Origin: the human T2T-CHM13v2.0 reference genome, Homo sapiens | Reading direction: 5' to 3' (one strand) | Length of the DNA stretch: 64,000 bases | Assembly (NCBI RefSeq): GCF_009914755.1 | Contig: NC_060940.1 | In this document: one piece after another, positions 1-16,850 of the stretch | Layout: each line of letters begins with the position of its first letter | How positions within the stretch are numbered: the stretch's first letter is position 1 | The notes under the pieces: model-generated | The model's database searches: none | The model's input: the letters and a program-made list of their open reading frames with translations, nothing else | What the model was told of the DNA's origin: nothing | Translations under genes and position numbers: made by a program

Positions 1-70
1 TGCAGTGAGTGGTGATCATGCCACTGCACTTCAGCTTGGGTGACAGAGCAAGACCTTACCTTAAAAAAAA
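1..70 (+). mobile_element. Alu 3' end (AluJ-like), cut by the window edge
   Basis: Right-arm sequence plus A tail. Confidence 0.9.
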
Positions 71-117
71 AGAGAGAGAGAGAATAATGATGATGATGAG
101 GAGGAGGAAGACGATGA

Positions 118-420
<303 letters not shown>

Positions 421-989
421 TGAAGTGACTCTGGCCTTCTCCACTGCGGTTCTAACAGGGTTAAAGTTGAGGTTTCTAATCACTCCCATGAGGTCTTATT
501 ACCTGTTGATTAGGTCCTTTTGGGATCAGCATCAAACCGAAAACAATAATAAACACTCCCTTCATTGGAACTCAGTAATGACCCTGCCTGCCCTGCAGGC
601 CTGGTGGCGATGGGGAGGGGCTCTGGCCGTTATGGGGCTGGAAACAGCAGCCCTTGTTGGGGGCGTTTGCCAGCGATTTGGTGGTGCAGCAAAGAGGTGC
701 GGCTAACAAGCCGATAGGCACTGGTTGGGGATTTCTGGCTGGCTGGAGGCATCACTGTTGTTCCAGCACAAGGCTCTTCAGAGGGGACCCTCCACAGCCA
801 GCCTGAGGACTTGAGAGATGGAGCTGGGTGGTCTTTCCGCAGGACTAGAGGAATTTCTAGAGAATGATCTGGTAACTGTTTCACGTGTATTTTTCCAGAC
901 TTTTTCCTGTGCACATTCAAATGTGAGTGAGTGAATGAGGATGTGAACGCATGCGTGTGCATAGGTTTCGTGTCTTTATTACAAAAATG

Positions 990-1200
990 CAATCATAGGA
1001 AACATTTTGTTCTGTAAATTGCTTTTTTTTCACCCAACAGTCCATCTCAGACACCCTTCCATGTCATTCTGTTGAAGCGCTTCGTATTAATCCAGAATAT
1101 GAACAAAGCCAAATACATTTAACCAACATAAATGTGATTGAACATTTTGGCCATCTCCACCCGTTTCTTGGTATCACAAATAAAGCTGCAGTGCTTGCTC
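990..1200 (-). mobile_element. Old L1M fragment
   Basis: Degenerate L1M 3'-region-like text (tcacaaataaagctgcagtg). Confidence 0.45.
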
Positions 1201-1310
1201 TGCCAGCGCATGCACTAAAATCAGCACGACACAGAAGGTTACGTGGCTCCTGCGCAGGATGGATACACAAACTCGTGAAGCATTCCGTATTTTTTTTGTT
1301 TAAAAATTTT

Positions 1311-1627
<317 letters not shown>

Positions 1628-1684
1628 TTAAAAGCTTTTCAAAGTAAACAAAACTAATGATACGACATTAAAGAGTTTCATTTG

Positions 1685-1941
<257 letters not shown>

Positions 1942-2304
1942 AAGAGTTTCATTTGTTTTACTTTTAAATCCTAAAAATCCTTATACATTTTCTCATGTAC
2001 TTGTGCAAGTATCTCAGTAAGATACATTCAAACAGGTTGTGTCTATTTGCACATGAAACAGTAGTATCTGAGTATGCCCTTTCCTTGGTCCTTGGATAAT
2101 ATAATTTTGTTTGTGACAATTCAATTGTAATAAAAGATACATCAGTGATATTTTAACTTGAATTTCCCTGACATGATATTGTATTTATTATGTAATTTTA
2201 AAAACATATATAATTCAAGTTTTAAGAAAAATTACAAAAAACACTCCTAAAATTTCCATACACTCTTTACACAGGATCACTAATTCTTTGTATTTTGTCC
2301 CAGC

Positions 2305-2589
2305 TTTTTTTGGAGACAGGGTCTTGCTCTGTCACCCATGCTGAAGTACAGTGGCTCGATCATAGCTCAGCCTCAACCTCCTGGGTCCAAATGATCCTCC
2401 CACCCCTGCCTCCCGAGTAGCTGGGACTACAGGTGCGTATCAACACAGCCAGCTAATTTTTTAATTTTTTGTAGAGATAGGGTCTCCCATTGTTGGCCAG
2501 TATGGTCTTGAAGTTCTGGGCTCACGTGATCTGCCTGCCTTGGCTTTCCAAATTGCTGGGATTATAGGTGTGAACCACCGTGCCTGGCC
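2305..2589 (-). mobile_element. AluJ
   Basis: Antisense dimeric Alu. Confidence 0.92.
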
Positions 2590-2652
2590 TAGCATGTTAA
2601 ACTAATAAATAAACAAATGACCAAGTTGCAGAATAATAACAGTAAGGATGCA

Positions 2653-2966
2653 TTTTATGATTTTATGATTTTATGTTTTTTTTTGAGATGGAGTCTCACT
2701 CTGTTGCCCAGGCCAGAGTACAGTGGCACGATCTCGGCTCACTGCAACCTCCGGCTCCTGAGTTCAAGCGATTCTCCTGCCCCAGACTCCTGAGTAGCTG
2801 GGAGTACAGGTGCGCACCACCACGCCCGGCTAATTTTTGTATTTTTAGTAGAGACGAGGTTTCACCATGTTGGTCAGGCTGGTCTCGATCTCCTGGCCTC
2901 AAGTGATCTGTCTGCCTCAGCCTTCCAAAGAGTTGGGATTACAGGCGTGAGCCACTGCACCCGGCC
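2653..2966 (-). mobile_element. AluS
   Basis: Antisense Alu, (ATTTTATG)-like repeats in the tail. Confidence 0.92.
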
Positions 2967-3307
2967 AGCATTTTTCTATTATCCTATTCGATTCTGCTTT
3001 TGTTTTTGTTTTTTCCCTTGAGAATGTTTTGACACATTGCTAGTGAAATTAAAAATAAATAAACACACTAATGGGAGGTCTAACAATCATGCCAGCTTAG
3101 GGGAAGCAGCCACTATTTAAACATTAAAGAATCAAATACAGTTACACAGCATACACAGAATAAAAGTTGACCTGGGGGCTCTTGCTGTCTATAGGAAATT
3201 GCACCAACCCATTCAGAAAGGAATAAAAGGAACTCTACACTCTCCTATGTTTCAACTACCAAGCTTTGCTGTTTATCCTAAGTCTTTACAGATTCCATAT
3301 TCTCTGT

Positions 3308-3476
3308 GAGGGAGGGAGGGAGGGAAGAAAGAAAGACAGAAAGAAAGAGAGAGAGAAAGAAGAGAGAGAGAGAGGAAGGAAGGAAGGAGAGAGAGAAAGG
3401 AAGAAAGAAAGGAAAGAAAAGAAAAGGACAGAGGGAAGGAGGAAGGAAGGGAGGAAGGGAAGGAGAGAGGGAGGGA
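3308..3476. repeat. GA-rich simple repeat
   Basis: Nearly pure purine GGAA/GAAA/GA tract. Confidence 0.9.
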
Positions 3477-3509
3477 TTCGCCGTGCACCTAACACATTCT
3501 AAACCCTTG

Positions 3510-3665
3510 CCATATATGCTATTTCATTTAGTTTTTGAAACTCCAAGAAGCATTTCTTGTCCCCATTTTATGGATGGGAAAACGAGGTTTAACAAATTCG
3601 TGTAAGTTCTCAAGGAACCTGGATTCAAACTTAGTCCTTCCTGACTCCAAAGCCCACTGACCGTC
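3510..3665 (-). mobile_element. MIR
   Basis: Antisense MIR core ccccattttatggatgggaaaacgagg. Confidence 0.7.
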
Positions 3666-4125
3666 CTCTACCAAGAATCGCTTTAGAGGGGACTGGAGAA
3701 CAGGTTTGCAGTTGTAGAATCTTACACTGGTGGGTCTAGGTGGTGCATAGTCCTTTTCCTCCTTTTCTAGAGGTGCTCTAGAAAACACCTGGGGAGATGC
3801 CCCGGGCATGTTGGACAAACTTCTCTCCAGAGTTTTCCATTTCTCTCTGCTCCTGTCTGCCCATGGCACCTGATCTCAAGAGGGATAAGAAGGAGAGAAA
3901 AAGGGAAGACAGAGAAGAAGAGAGGGGTGGGATAATGAGAGAAAGAGAGGCAGAACCCCAAGCAGGAGCCTACAGAGGAGTCGACACAATAGGAAGACAG
4001 AGAAAAACGGAAGGAAGGGAAGAAGGGCAGGGCCTGTGAGGCAAGGAGCTTTGGGAGTCCTAGTCTCATAAATTAAAAGGATGACAACAAAGCCAGGCAG
4101 GAAGGATTTAAAAAAATTTTAAAAA

Positions 4126-4619
<494 letters not shown>

Positions 4620-4764
4620 TTATCCTGCACACTTTGGACCCAGCACCCACAGCAGCCCTGCGCCTTGGTTCACTGGACAAACTTTGGCTCTTCAGACAAA
4701 CTTTGAAAATCCCTAACTTCTTAGGGATTTTCCCTAAGATCCAGCAAACCAGCCGGATTAGTCT

Positions 4765-4960
4765 TTGGGAGAAAGGAGAGAGAGAATATGAGAAAGAAAG
4801 AGGGAATGAGAGGAGGAAGAGAGAAGAGGAGTTAGAGAAAGAGAAGGTCAGAAAGAAGGAGAGCAGGAGAGGAGGGCAAGAGGCCTGGAGAAAGAGAGTG
4901 GGAGATGGAACCAGGCGAGGAGGTGGAGAAGCTGCCAGAGGAAGTGAAGGGAGGAAGGAG
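4765..4960. repeat. GA-rich low-complexity tract
   Basis: Purine-biased stretch. Confidence 0.7.
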
Positions 4961-5468
4961 ACATTATATATTCCTAGGAAGGAACAATATAAGATCTTTC
5001 ACCACGTCCCAGAGGTCAATAAACTGGCCTGGGAAATTAAGAACAAGTTGTCATTGAGGATTAGCAAAAGGCCTGAGGAAGTACAAAAATTCCTGCCAGC
5101 TTTCATAAAGCTGCCTCTAAGAAATTAAAAATCACAGGCCACAATAAATACGGCCCACGTCTATCCACACCCATGTCCACATGACAGCCTGGAGAATGAG
5201 GCATCCTTCGAGGCCTTGCTTTAATGTGAGTAATTACAATTATGCAAGAATCCCATGGGCTATAATCATACACCCACTACGTGAGCTACTGGGAAGAGGC
5301 AAGGAGGTGAATGCCAGCAACAAATGCACAGGAAGGAACATTCTAGAAGAGATATGAGAAAGTGGAATTAAACACGGATGGCGGGTCTTGGTTCCTACTA
5401 ATGGGGTATGATGCATCCATTTCTACATTACATGGGCAGAAGGTTAAAACAAATAGTTTTTCTCATGA

Positions 5469-5795
<327 letters not shown>

Positions 5796-5796
5796 A

Positions 5797-5922
5797 TTTT
5801 TTTTTAAGAGATGGGGGTCTCACTCTGTTGCCCAGGCTGGTCTCGAACTCCTGGGCTCAAGTGACCCTCCCACTTCAACCTCCCAAAGTGTTGGGATTCA
5901 GGCATGAGCCACCGTGTCTGGC
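5797..5922 (-). mobile_element. FLAM/AluJ left monomer
   Basis: Antisense left arm. Confidence 0.85.
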
Positions 5923-6094
5923 TGGAAACTTTCAAGGGAATGGATTTTGCCTGTATGTTACTCATTTTCTGAGGCTATTTGGTGATGGTCTCACACTATG
6001 GTTGAAGATAAGTTGGAATTTTCTTAACTAAAGTTACCTTTTTAATATTCTTTATTAATCACCCCTTAGGTTGTTATCAGAAATTGGGTAAACT

Positions 6095-6410
<316 letters not shown>

Positions 6411-6521
6411 TGGGAAAACTAGCAATTTTCTGCAAGGAAATAAGTTTTGCCACCTCGTGAATGGCCAGCCTGTCTTTGATCACAAGGGCAACTCACAGGC
6501 AAAGGATTACTGCTATTTCCT

Positions 6522-6660
6522 AATTTTAGTTTGTTTTTAAAGAGATGGGGTCTTGCTGTGTTGCTCAGGCTGGTCTCATACTACTGGGCTCAAGAAATCC
6601 TCCCACCTCAGCCTCCCAAGCTGTAGGGACTACAGGCGCATGCCACCATGCCTAGCTGAT
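6522..6660 (-). mobile_element. FLAM-like Alu monomer
   Basis: Antisense single arm. Confidence 0.8.
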
Positions 6661-6958
6661 TGCAATTTCTACCCTGGGGCCCCAGGCCCTTCTATAGCGA
6701 TTCCTCAAGAGTCTACTGTCATAGAAGCAGCTGTCTTCAGCTTCTCTCCCTAGGCCTTCTTTGTTGGCCACCAGCAATTCTTGGGGTAGCCAATGTCTTG
6801 AAGTTCAGGACCAACTGCCGGAGAAACCAGACCCTGATCCTGGCTGCCCCTCATCTCCAAGTCTCAGCAGACGCTGCTGAGTTGGTGCCTTGCGGGAGAC
6901 CATTAAGTCCGACTCCAGGGATCCAAGGTCTACCACTGCCCCAAGATTACGGGGTCCA

Positions 6959-7250
6959 GGCCAGGCGTGATGGCTCATGCCTGTAATCCCAGCACTTTGG
7001 GAGGCTTAGGCAGGAGGCTCGCTTGAGTCTAGGAGTTTGAGACCAGCCTGGACAACATAATGGGACCCTATCTCTACAAAAAAAAAAAAAAAAAAAAAAA
7101 TCAGCTGGGTGTGGTGGCGTGTGCCTATAGTCCCAGCTATTTGGGAGACTGAGGTGGGGAGGATTGCTTGAACCTGGGAGGTCGAGGCTGCAGTGAACCG
7201 GGATCATGCCACTGCACTCCAGCCAGGGTGACAGAATGAGACCCTCTCTG
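6959..7250 (+). mobile_element. AluJ with expanded central A linker
   Basis: Dimeric Alu with a long A run between the arms. Confidence 0.92.
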
Positions 7251-7329
7251 AAGAGTCCAATGTCCATACTTGGCTTCCTTCAGCATCTCCCACCTTCTAG
7301 CATCTCCTTGCTTCTAGAACCAGATAGCA

Positions 7330-7836
<507 letters not shown>

Positions 7837-8789
7837 AAATGTTGCTCTCTGCTTCCACTGCTTCATCCTGCCTTTAGTGCTTATGCCCTTTGGGTCTTGA
7901 AAACTGTTCCTACCTTCAAGAGTCTCCCAGATGAAATCCACGTACTCCAGAGCCGGGTTGAGTGGGTGGGTGGCGGGGGAGTGTCCCTTGAAAATTCTGA
8001 CTACCTCATTAATGGGGATTTGCTGACAGTTACTCACTCACAGGCATTTTCTTAGGACAAGGAGGGCTTGGAGAAGAAAGGCTAGTTCTCAAGAGGAGGA
8101 ATGAGAGTTTGAACCAGAAATGTGTAACAAACACTCCCTACATTGTGGAATCGCAAGTGGAGAAGGCCAGGAGTGGCTGGGGAGGGTGCCAGACTCCAGG
8201 CTGGGAAGCTGGAGGCCTCCATTTTGCTGAGGATGAAACTGTCATTTTTTGTACCTGGGGATGCAGACCATGTACCTATCAAAGCTTAGTTTAGCAGAAA
8301 AAATTCAGGATGTTGGAGTGGGTTGGCTTCTTCCAGCAGCCTTCAATGAAGCACTTTGGGAGGCAGGCTGAAGGTGCTCTGTTTTCCAGCAAGAAGTCAA
8401 AGGACTCTGGTTGGCTAAGAGAGGTTCTTTCCACCTGTGGCCTGTAATTTAAATGACCAAAAGTCCTAACCCTGGGTACTGCAGGGCTGGAAAAACCACA
8501 TTTTTCTATCTCAAACCCAGTTTATTCACGCAGGAATGGGGAGGGTTCTCAGAAGATGAGATGAGAACACAGAAAAAGCCTGGCCTGCCTCATCCTAGGC
8601 TGTCTCCCGGCTTGTTCTGGTGAACATTGTCTGTCTAAGCAAGGGGGATGCATGTGCTTTGTGAAGTGTCTGGGAACAGTCTGAGGGCATGAAGAAATAA
8701 GAATCTGCCTACCCAAGGCTATTGTCTTTATTTCCTACAAAGCAAAGGCTAAAATGAAGGAAGAGGCCACACACTAGGCCTGAACTAAA

Positions 8790-9120
8790 GGTAGTGCTTC
8801 AAACTCTAGGTATGACACATTAGTGGACTATAAACTCAATTTGATGGATTGTTACTGGCTTGTTTTTTCTTTTCTTTTTCCTTCTTTCCTTCCCTCTTTC
8901 CTTCCTTCTTCCCTCCTTCCCTTCTTTCCTTCCTTCCTCTTTCAACAGAATAGAAACTATTAGCATGTAACCCATGTAGTGGCCATAAATACTGTTGTAT
9001 AATAAAACTTATGATTTAGTTATACATAAATACATACCAATATGCACATGCATAATTGTATACTAGGTCATGAAGTAAATTCATTCTCATTATGGGTCAT
9101 GGCCAAAAAATTTGAAAACT
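8790..9120. mobile_element. hAT-Charlie-type non-autonomous DNA transposon with an internal CT-rich repeat (8860-8943)
   Basis: Inverted ends tagtgcttcaaa / tttgaaaacta; Charlie-like internal text. Confidence 0.55.
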
Positions 9121-9362
9121 AGTAGACAGGTGAAGCATAGAGATTTGGGGCCAGAAAGTAGAAATTTCCAGGTTGAAAACACATGATCAAACAAAACCTC
9201 TGACTATGGTTACGACCCAATGGAGTTGTCTAGAGGCAAAAATATGAAAAGCCTATTAGTTTTTGGGGGGATGAGTATTGCTAAAGAAATGGCAAGAAAG
9301 GGTGACAATAGTCTGCAATTGTTTAAATTGTTAGGTGTACTTTAGGTCAATCTCTAGCCTCC

Positions 9363-9726
9363 TGCTATAGACCCAATGTGTCCCCACCTAAATTCACATG
9401 TTAAAATCCTAACCCCTAATATGATGGTATTTGAAGGTGAGGCCTTTGGGAGGTCATTAGGTCATGAGGGTGGAACCCTCACAAATAGGATTAGTGCCCT
9501 TATAAAAAAGGCCTGAGAGAGAGCTCCCTTGCCCCTTCTACCATATGAGGACACAGAAAAGATGACTGTCTATGAACAAGGAAGTGAGCCCTCACCAGAA
9601 ACCAAATCTGCTGGTGCCTTCATCTTGGACTTCCCAGCCTCCAGAACCATGTGAAATACATTTCTGTTGTTTATAAGCCATCCAGTCTAGAGTTGTTTGT
9701 TATGGCAGCCTGAACTAACTAAGACA
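9363..9726 (+). mobile_element. MaLR solo LTR (MLT1A0-like)
   Basis: TG...CA ends, about 365 bp, MLT1A motifs (ttggacttcccagcctccagaac). Confidence 0.88.
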
Positions 9727-9912
9727 CCCCCAAAATCACACCAGAGGTAGTGAATTGCTAAAGCAGTACAGTCCTCAGAGAATGCATGTTCCCATTGCCT
9801 TCCTCAGAGATGCCCATGAAGGACAGATGGACAAAGAGGACCCTCTGTGGTCTATATTAGATACCAAGAATTCTTTCTATTGCCAGAGGTCTTAATTATT
9901 TTTTGTTCTTAG

Positions 9913-10208
9913 TTTTTTTTGTTGTTGTTGAGACAGTCTCACTCTGTTACCCAGGCTAGAGTGCAGTGGCACAATTTCGGCTCGCTGCAACCTCCAACTC
10001 CTAGGTTCAAGTGATTCTCGTGCCTCAGCCTCCTGAATAGCTGGGATTATAGATGTGTGCCACCATGCCTGCCTAATTTTTGTATTTTTAGTAGAGATGG
10101 GGTTTCATCATGTTGGCCAGGCTGGTCTTGAACTTGTCACCTCAGGTGATCTACCTGCCCCGCCTCCCAAAGTGCTGGGATTACAGGTGTGAGCCACCAT
10201 GCCTGGCC
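9913..10208 (-). mobile_element. AluS
   Basis: 16-bp TSD tattttttgttcttag. Confidence 0.94.
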
Positions 10209-10519
10209 TATTTTTTGTTCTTAGGCTATGACATGTGCAACTTCCCATCTTCCCAGAGTTTTTATTGTATACCTCCCATTCTTTCTTCAGTGTATTGGGT
10301 GTATTGGGGGTAGATAACTTATTTAATCACAGGTCACTGGACCACTAGGAGTTACCTGTGAATTTCAAGAAGAGGAATTTCACAGGATGTAGTAATTATA
10401 CAAGCCTCTGGGCTCTTGCATTTGAGTTGCATGCATTTTTATATGGGTATGGGTATTTGTAAGAGTGTTTCTGTGGAAGATAGGTATGAGTACATGTTGA
10501 GTAGCCAAAGGGGTGCACA

Positions 10520-11360
10520 GTACTTGACATTTTTTGGTTGCTACCCAGCACCCATGTAACTATCCTCCACCTTAGCAGTATCCAGATTTTCCTTCAGGTA
10601 ATTACATCCCCATGCAGCCCATGGACTTTGTAGCTTATTCCAGCTGAGAGCCCTGAATAACTTGAGCCAGGCAGCACCTTTTATTTCCCTGATTACAGTC
10701 ACTCCTTTCAGGGTGGGCACTGTGTCCTGGGATGGTACTATCATGTAAATTTCAGGAATCCTACTTGAAATGACAGTGCAGAAACACTCTCTTTTTAAAA
10801 TTCTTTTATTTTTATTTTTTTTGAGACAGGGTCTCACTTTGTGGCCCAGGCTGCAGTGCAGTGGTGCGATCATGGCTCACTGCAGCCTCAACCTTCTGTG
10901 CTCAAGTGATCCTCCTGCCTCAGCCTCCTGAGTAGCTGGGACCATAGGTGCATGCCACTATGCCAAGCTAAATTTTAAAACAATTTTTGTAGAGATGGGG
11001 CCCCACTATGCTGTCTAGGCTGGTCTCCAACTTCTGGGCTCAAGTGATCCTTCCATCTCAGCCTCCCAAAGTTCTGGGATTACAGGTGTGAGTCACCACA
11101 TCCAGCCCGGAAGCACTTTCTACCATGGGGCTCCGCACTAAACTGGCAGCCACACTGTGTCTCCAAGGAGGGCAGGCCTTAGGATGAGGGCAACATTGTG
11201 GCTGATGGGGTAGAGAGGAAGAAGGGCTCTGGGCCCTTCATTATGCTCCTGAGCGCTTGGACCAACCAGCCGTGTGGCCTGCTTTACCTTTGCCATGTTC
11301 CATGTAAGCCAACAGGCATCCTTACTGAGATCTGTTTGAGTTGATTTCTAACAGTTACAT
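10520..11360 (+). mobile_element. Old MLT1 (K/L-like) LTR interrupted by an Alu
   Basis: Degenerate MLT1 motifs on both sides of the Alu at 10801-11108. Confidence 0.55.
10801..11108 (-). mobile_element. AluJ
   Basis: Antisense dimeric Alu. Confidence 0.92.
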
Positions 11361-11384
11361 CATAGGAAATATAAACTTCATGTA

Positions 11385-11600
11385 TTTTATTTTACATCTT
11401 TTAGAAATGGGATCTTGCTGTATCCCCCAGGCTGGAATGCAGTAGTGTGATCATATTTCTGCAGCCTTGAATTCCTGAGTTCAAGTGGCTGGCTTCAGCC
11501 TCCTAAGTAGCTGGGACTACAGGCGTGCAACACCTTGCATGGTTTATATTTTTTATTTTTACATTTTTTGTTAGGACAGGGGCTTGCTATGTTTCCCAGG
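11385..11600 (-). mobile_element. Truncated AluJ
   Basis: Right arm plus partial left arm. Confidence 0.8.
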
Positions 11601-11951
11601 ATATTTACAACAAACAAAAAAACCTTTGTTTTGCTTGAGGCTGAGCTTTCTTATTCCAGATGGGGAATTGCAGAGCCTCTGTCCCAGGCCTCCAGGAGGC
11701 TGAATTCATTCCCAGTGGGTTTTAGTGGTTCCAGCCAGGAGTCTACTCCTGAAAGTTCCTCTGTGCTCAATTTCCCCCATACTAAGTGAAATACACAGTT
11801 CATGTTTGTTTTTTTTGTTTGTTTTTTTCACACTCAAGGCTCTTTCTGTCTCTGATCTATCCCTTCATGACCCTTGGCTCATTTCCCATTTCTAGTCCTG
11901 CCCCTTGAATCACAGTAATATTAAGCTGTTTAGAGTTCCACATTCCATACT

Positions 11952-12305
<354 letters not shown>

Positions 12306-12308
12306 TGA

Positions 12309-12654
<346 letters not shown>

Positions 12655-12704
12655 CCTATCCTCTCTACTTTCTTTGTTTTACATCTATTTATCCGCTTAA
12701 GCCA

Positions 12705-13175
12705 CCACTCTCCAATATGGCAGCTGCTAGCCATGCGTGGCTATGGATTACTTGAAATGTGGCTACTGCCAGTGAGGAACTGAATTTTCTACTTTATTTC
12801 ATCACAATTAATTTAAATTACAAATTTTAAATCAAAGCAATATAATATATGTTTCTGTTAAACACAGCTTTATTGCTTTGATAGGACTACATTTTACTTT
12901 AACAATTGAAAATTTGGCATACAAATTGAGATGTACTGTAAGTATAAAATATGCACTGGCTTTCAAAGACTTAATACAATAAAAAGAATGTATAATATCT
13001 CATTAATAATTTTTACATTGATTGCATAGTGAAATGGTAATATTTTGGACATATTGGGTTGAATAAAATATATTATTAAGATTATTTTCACCTGTTTGTT
13101 TTTACTTTTTAAAATATGGCTACTGGAATATTTAAAATTACACACATGGCTTGTACTGTGTTTCTACTGGACATC
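12705..13175 (-). mobile_element. MER33/Charlie5-family DNA transposon
   Basis: Antisense match to the MER33 consensus as recalled, with extra internal sequence. Confidence 0.8.
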
Positions 13176-13288
13176 TTTGGCCTAGACCATTTCAGACAGC
13201 ATCTCCTTGAGAACAGTTTTCCCAATCACTCAGGCTAGGCACAGTGGCCTTCTAACATCTTTCATGATATGTTCTTACATAGGACTTA

Positions 13289-13679
<391 letters not shown>

Positions 13680-13734
13680 TCATATTAATTATATTCTCTT
13701 CATGAATATTATTATTCATGAATATTAATTCATA

Positions 13735-13860
13735 TTGTCTTCGTGTGTCTCTCTCCCCACTAAGACTATAAGTTTCTCAGGGGCAGGAACCATATTTTAT
13801 ATTTCCAGGGCCTGGCACATGGTAGGTACCCTATCCATACTTGTGAAATTAATTAATGGA
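13735..13860 (+). mobile_element. L2 3' end
   Basis: ccactaagactataag...gggcagg...cctggcacatggtagg. Confidence 0.75.
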
Positions 13861-13914
13861 TAGCCACATCAAATTCACAAGTATCTTTAAATATAATTTC
13901 ACATACAACTGCTC

Positions 13915-14207
13915 TTTTTTTTTTAAGATGGAGTCTCACTCTGTAGCCCAGGCTGGAGTGCAGTGACGCAATCTCGGCTCACTGCAACCTCCACTTCCCG
14001 GGTTCAAGCGATTCTCATGCTTCAGCCTCCTGAATAGCTGGAACTACAGGTGCATGCCAGGCTAATTTTTGTATTTTTTTTTTTTTTAGTAGAGACAGGG
14101 TTTCATCATGTTGGCCAGGCTGGTCTCGAAACCCGGACCTCAAGTGGTCTGCCTGCCTTGGCCTCTCAAAATGCTGGGATTACAGGTGTGAGCCACTGTG
14201 CCTGGCC
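13915..14207 (-). mobile_element. AluS
   Basis: Antisense Alu. Confidence 0.92.
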
Positions 14208-14896
14208 ACATATAACTAATTTTAGGATTTGTTTTCTGTCTTGCGGCTTCCTGGAGGTCAAGTCTTTTGGCTGTGTCTCTAGGCCACCACGGGGTGCAGT
14301 GACCAACTTGGGGGGCCATCAGGGGATTCCCTGTAGACAAACTGTCCAGCCCTTCCTAGCATCCTGTTCCTAGTGGGGCACCAGATGGGCACAGAGCAGG
14401 AGTCAGCAGTTAAGGGTGAGCCCCAGAAGGAGCAGAGGAAAGAAAACACGAAGTGAGGAGAGCAGGAAGCAAGACTTCTCCTTCGGCTTTCCGTGGCCCT
14501 GGGAGCTGAGCACTGCTGCCAAGCAAACAGTGGTGTGGAGGAGCGAGAAGGAGAGCCCAGGCTGGATGTGGTCGGCCGCTGGGTGGAGTTAAAATGTATA
14601 ACAAGGGAGAGGCAACTGAAGAAAAGAAAAGATTCTTTTAAAAATTCTGCTCTAGCCTAATTAAAAAAAATTCCACTCCCTCATGCTACGTTTTAAGAGA
14701 CTGCCCTTTCAGAATTATTTTCAGTCTGGTGGTAACAGGCAGGAAGAGTGTCAGATGTTCACCAAGCTATAAAGAGGACACTCCCCACCCTCTAAAACAC
14801 AGGGCCAGCCCCCACATTGCTTTTCTGACTTGGGTTATGAGGATACAGGATGTGAAGTTGTCAAAGGCATAGATCTTTCCGGAAAGGAGTGTCCCA

Positions 14897-15767
14897 TGTG
14901 GTAGATTAAAAAAAAAAAAAAATGGCTACAGTATTTTGCAGCTCCTCCCACCAAGACGTGGAGTCAGTTTCACCAGCCCTTGAATCTGGGTTATACTACT
15001 CACGGGACATCAGGACACCTAATGCAAGCAGAAGCTTGACAAGCACTTGCACAGAGGGGTTTGCTCTCTTTTGCTATTTTTGGAATCCAGCCATCATGTG
15101 AAGAAGTCTAGACTGGCTTACTAGATCCTGGAGACACATAGCCTGGTCACCCTTGTGGATCCCTCCCAGGTTCCAGGCACATAAGTGATACCATCTGGGA
15201 CCACCAGGCCTCAGACAGTCCTCACCTGACTGTAGCCACATACACAAGTTCAGGTGAACTCAACAGAAGAACTTCCAAGCTAAGCCCAACCCAAACTGCC
15301 AGCCTCCAGGATGGTGAGCTAATTAACAATTGTTGTTTTAAGTCTCTAAGTTTTGGATATTTTAAAAATATGGTGCTATGGTCTCAATGTTTGAGTCACC
15401 TGGAAATTAATATGTTGAAACCTAATCCCCAATTTAGGGGCATTAAGAGGTAGAGTCTTTGGGAAGTGATTAGGTTATGAGGGTAGAGCCCTCCTGAATG
15501 GGACTCATGCCCTTATAGAAGAGGCCTGGGGGAGCTTGTTTGCCCCTTCTGCAATATGAAGACCCAGTAAGAAGATGCCATTTATGAGGAATGGGACTTC
15601 ATGAGATACCAAATTTGCCAGTACATTGATCTTGGACTTCTCAGGCTCTAAAACTGTGAGAAATACATTTCTATTGTTTATAAGTTACCCAGTCTGTGGT
15701 GTTTTGTTATAGCAGTACAGATGGACTAAGACAGATGGCAAAACCAACCAACCAACCAACTAATACA
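14897..15767 (+). mobile_element. MLT1F/G-like LTR with a nested MLT1A-type LTR
   Basis: Starts tgtggtagatt, ends aactaataca; interrupted at 15374-15733. Confidence 0.75.
15374..15733 (+). mobile_element. MLT1A/MST-type LTR
   Basis: tgctatgg...taagaca; 5-bp TSD tatgg/gatgg. Confidence 0.85.
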
Positions 15768-15843
15768 GTTTGAGTCACAGGTGGGAAAATCCATGTAGAA
15801 ATAACCACTTTACAACCTTGTATAGGAGAGCTATTATAATAGT

Positions 15844-16190
15844 GTGTTTTGGCCTGTTCCGGCTGCCGTAACAAAATACCATAAACTGGGTAGCTTTTAA
15901 GCAGCAGAAATATATTTGTCCCAGTTCTGGAGGCTGGGAAGTTCAAGATCAAGGCACTGGGGACGGCAGATCTGGTGTCCGGTGAGGGCCTGCGTTCTGG
16001 TTCATAGATGATGTCTCCTTGCTGTGCCTTCATGTGGTGGAAGGAGCAAGCTAGCTCTCTGGGTCTCTTTTATAAGATCACTAATTCCATTCATTCATGA
16101 GAGCTCCACCCCTATGACCTAATCACTTCCCAAAGTCCCCACCTCCTGATATCATCACATTGAGGATTAGGTTTCAACATTCAGACCATA
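15844..16190 (-). mobile_element. MLT1A-type LTR
   Basis: Antisense MLT1A motifs (cagttctggaggctgggaagttcaagatcaagg). Confidence 0.85.
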
Positions 16191-16199
16191 CCCTAGAGC

Positions 16200-16850
16200 G
16201 ATTCAGAGTGCGGGCTTTGGAGCCAGGCAGGTTCAGTCCCACCACTTAGATATAATCCTGGACACGTTTGATAGCAACGGTAACAGTGACAGTACATGCT
16301 TTGCAGGGTTGTAATGAGAACTGTGTCGGCCAGGGTCACACATCTGTATTAGGATAACTTGAGGAGAGTTTATAAAGGGACTATTACATCTACAAAGATG
16401 TGGTCAGGGTTCAGGGAAACACAAGAGAGAGTGTAGCGCACTGGGGTTGTGATAGCACCCAGGTGGGAAGCAAGGACAGGGCATGGTGACGAGAAGCTGG
16501 GGACAGAGCAGGTGGGGTCAAGAGGGTTGCTTAACAGGACCCATAACCTTGTGTTGAGAAATGAGTCTGTTCTGCAGTGACATGGCTGGGAGGGGGCTGG
16601 GAGAATACAAACTCTGATCTAACTTCTTCCTCTTGCCTATTTTTGCCAGTGATCCTCATTGGCCAAACCCAACTGGAAGCCACTGGGCTTCAAATCAGCC
16701 TCCTGTGGCAAAAAGCAAGGTGGAGAAGGTGGGAGAGTAGATCTGGGGCAAATGGAAGGTATCCAGCCCATGGATTTAAAAGCAATAATGCATAGGAAAG
16801 CCCTGATCATGTACCTAGCACCCAGTCACTGTTTGCTGTAATATTATTAT
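16200..16850 (+). mobile_element. MIR interrupted by an ERVL LTR
   Basis: MIR 5' part at 16200-16320 and 3' part at 16770-16850. Confidence 0.6.
16322..16769 (-). mobile_element. ERVL solo LTR (LTR33/LTR41-like)
   Basis: TG..CA ends; ctcattggccaaacccaactggaagcca motif. Confidence 0.6.

Noticed and set aside
13699-13722. 10-bp-arm palindrome ttcatgaata...tattcatgaa
   Set aside because: Short and AT-rich; likely local slippage with no evidence of function.
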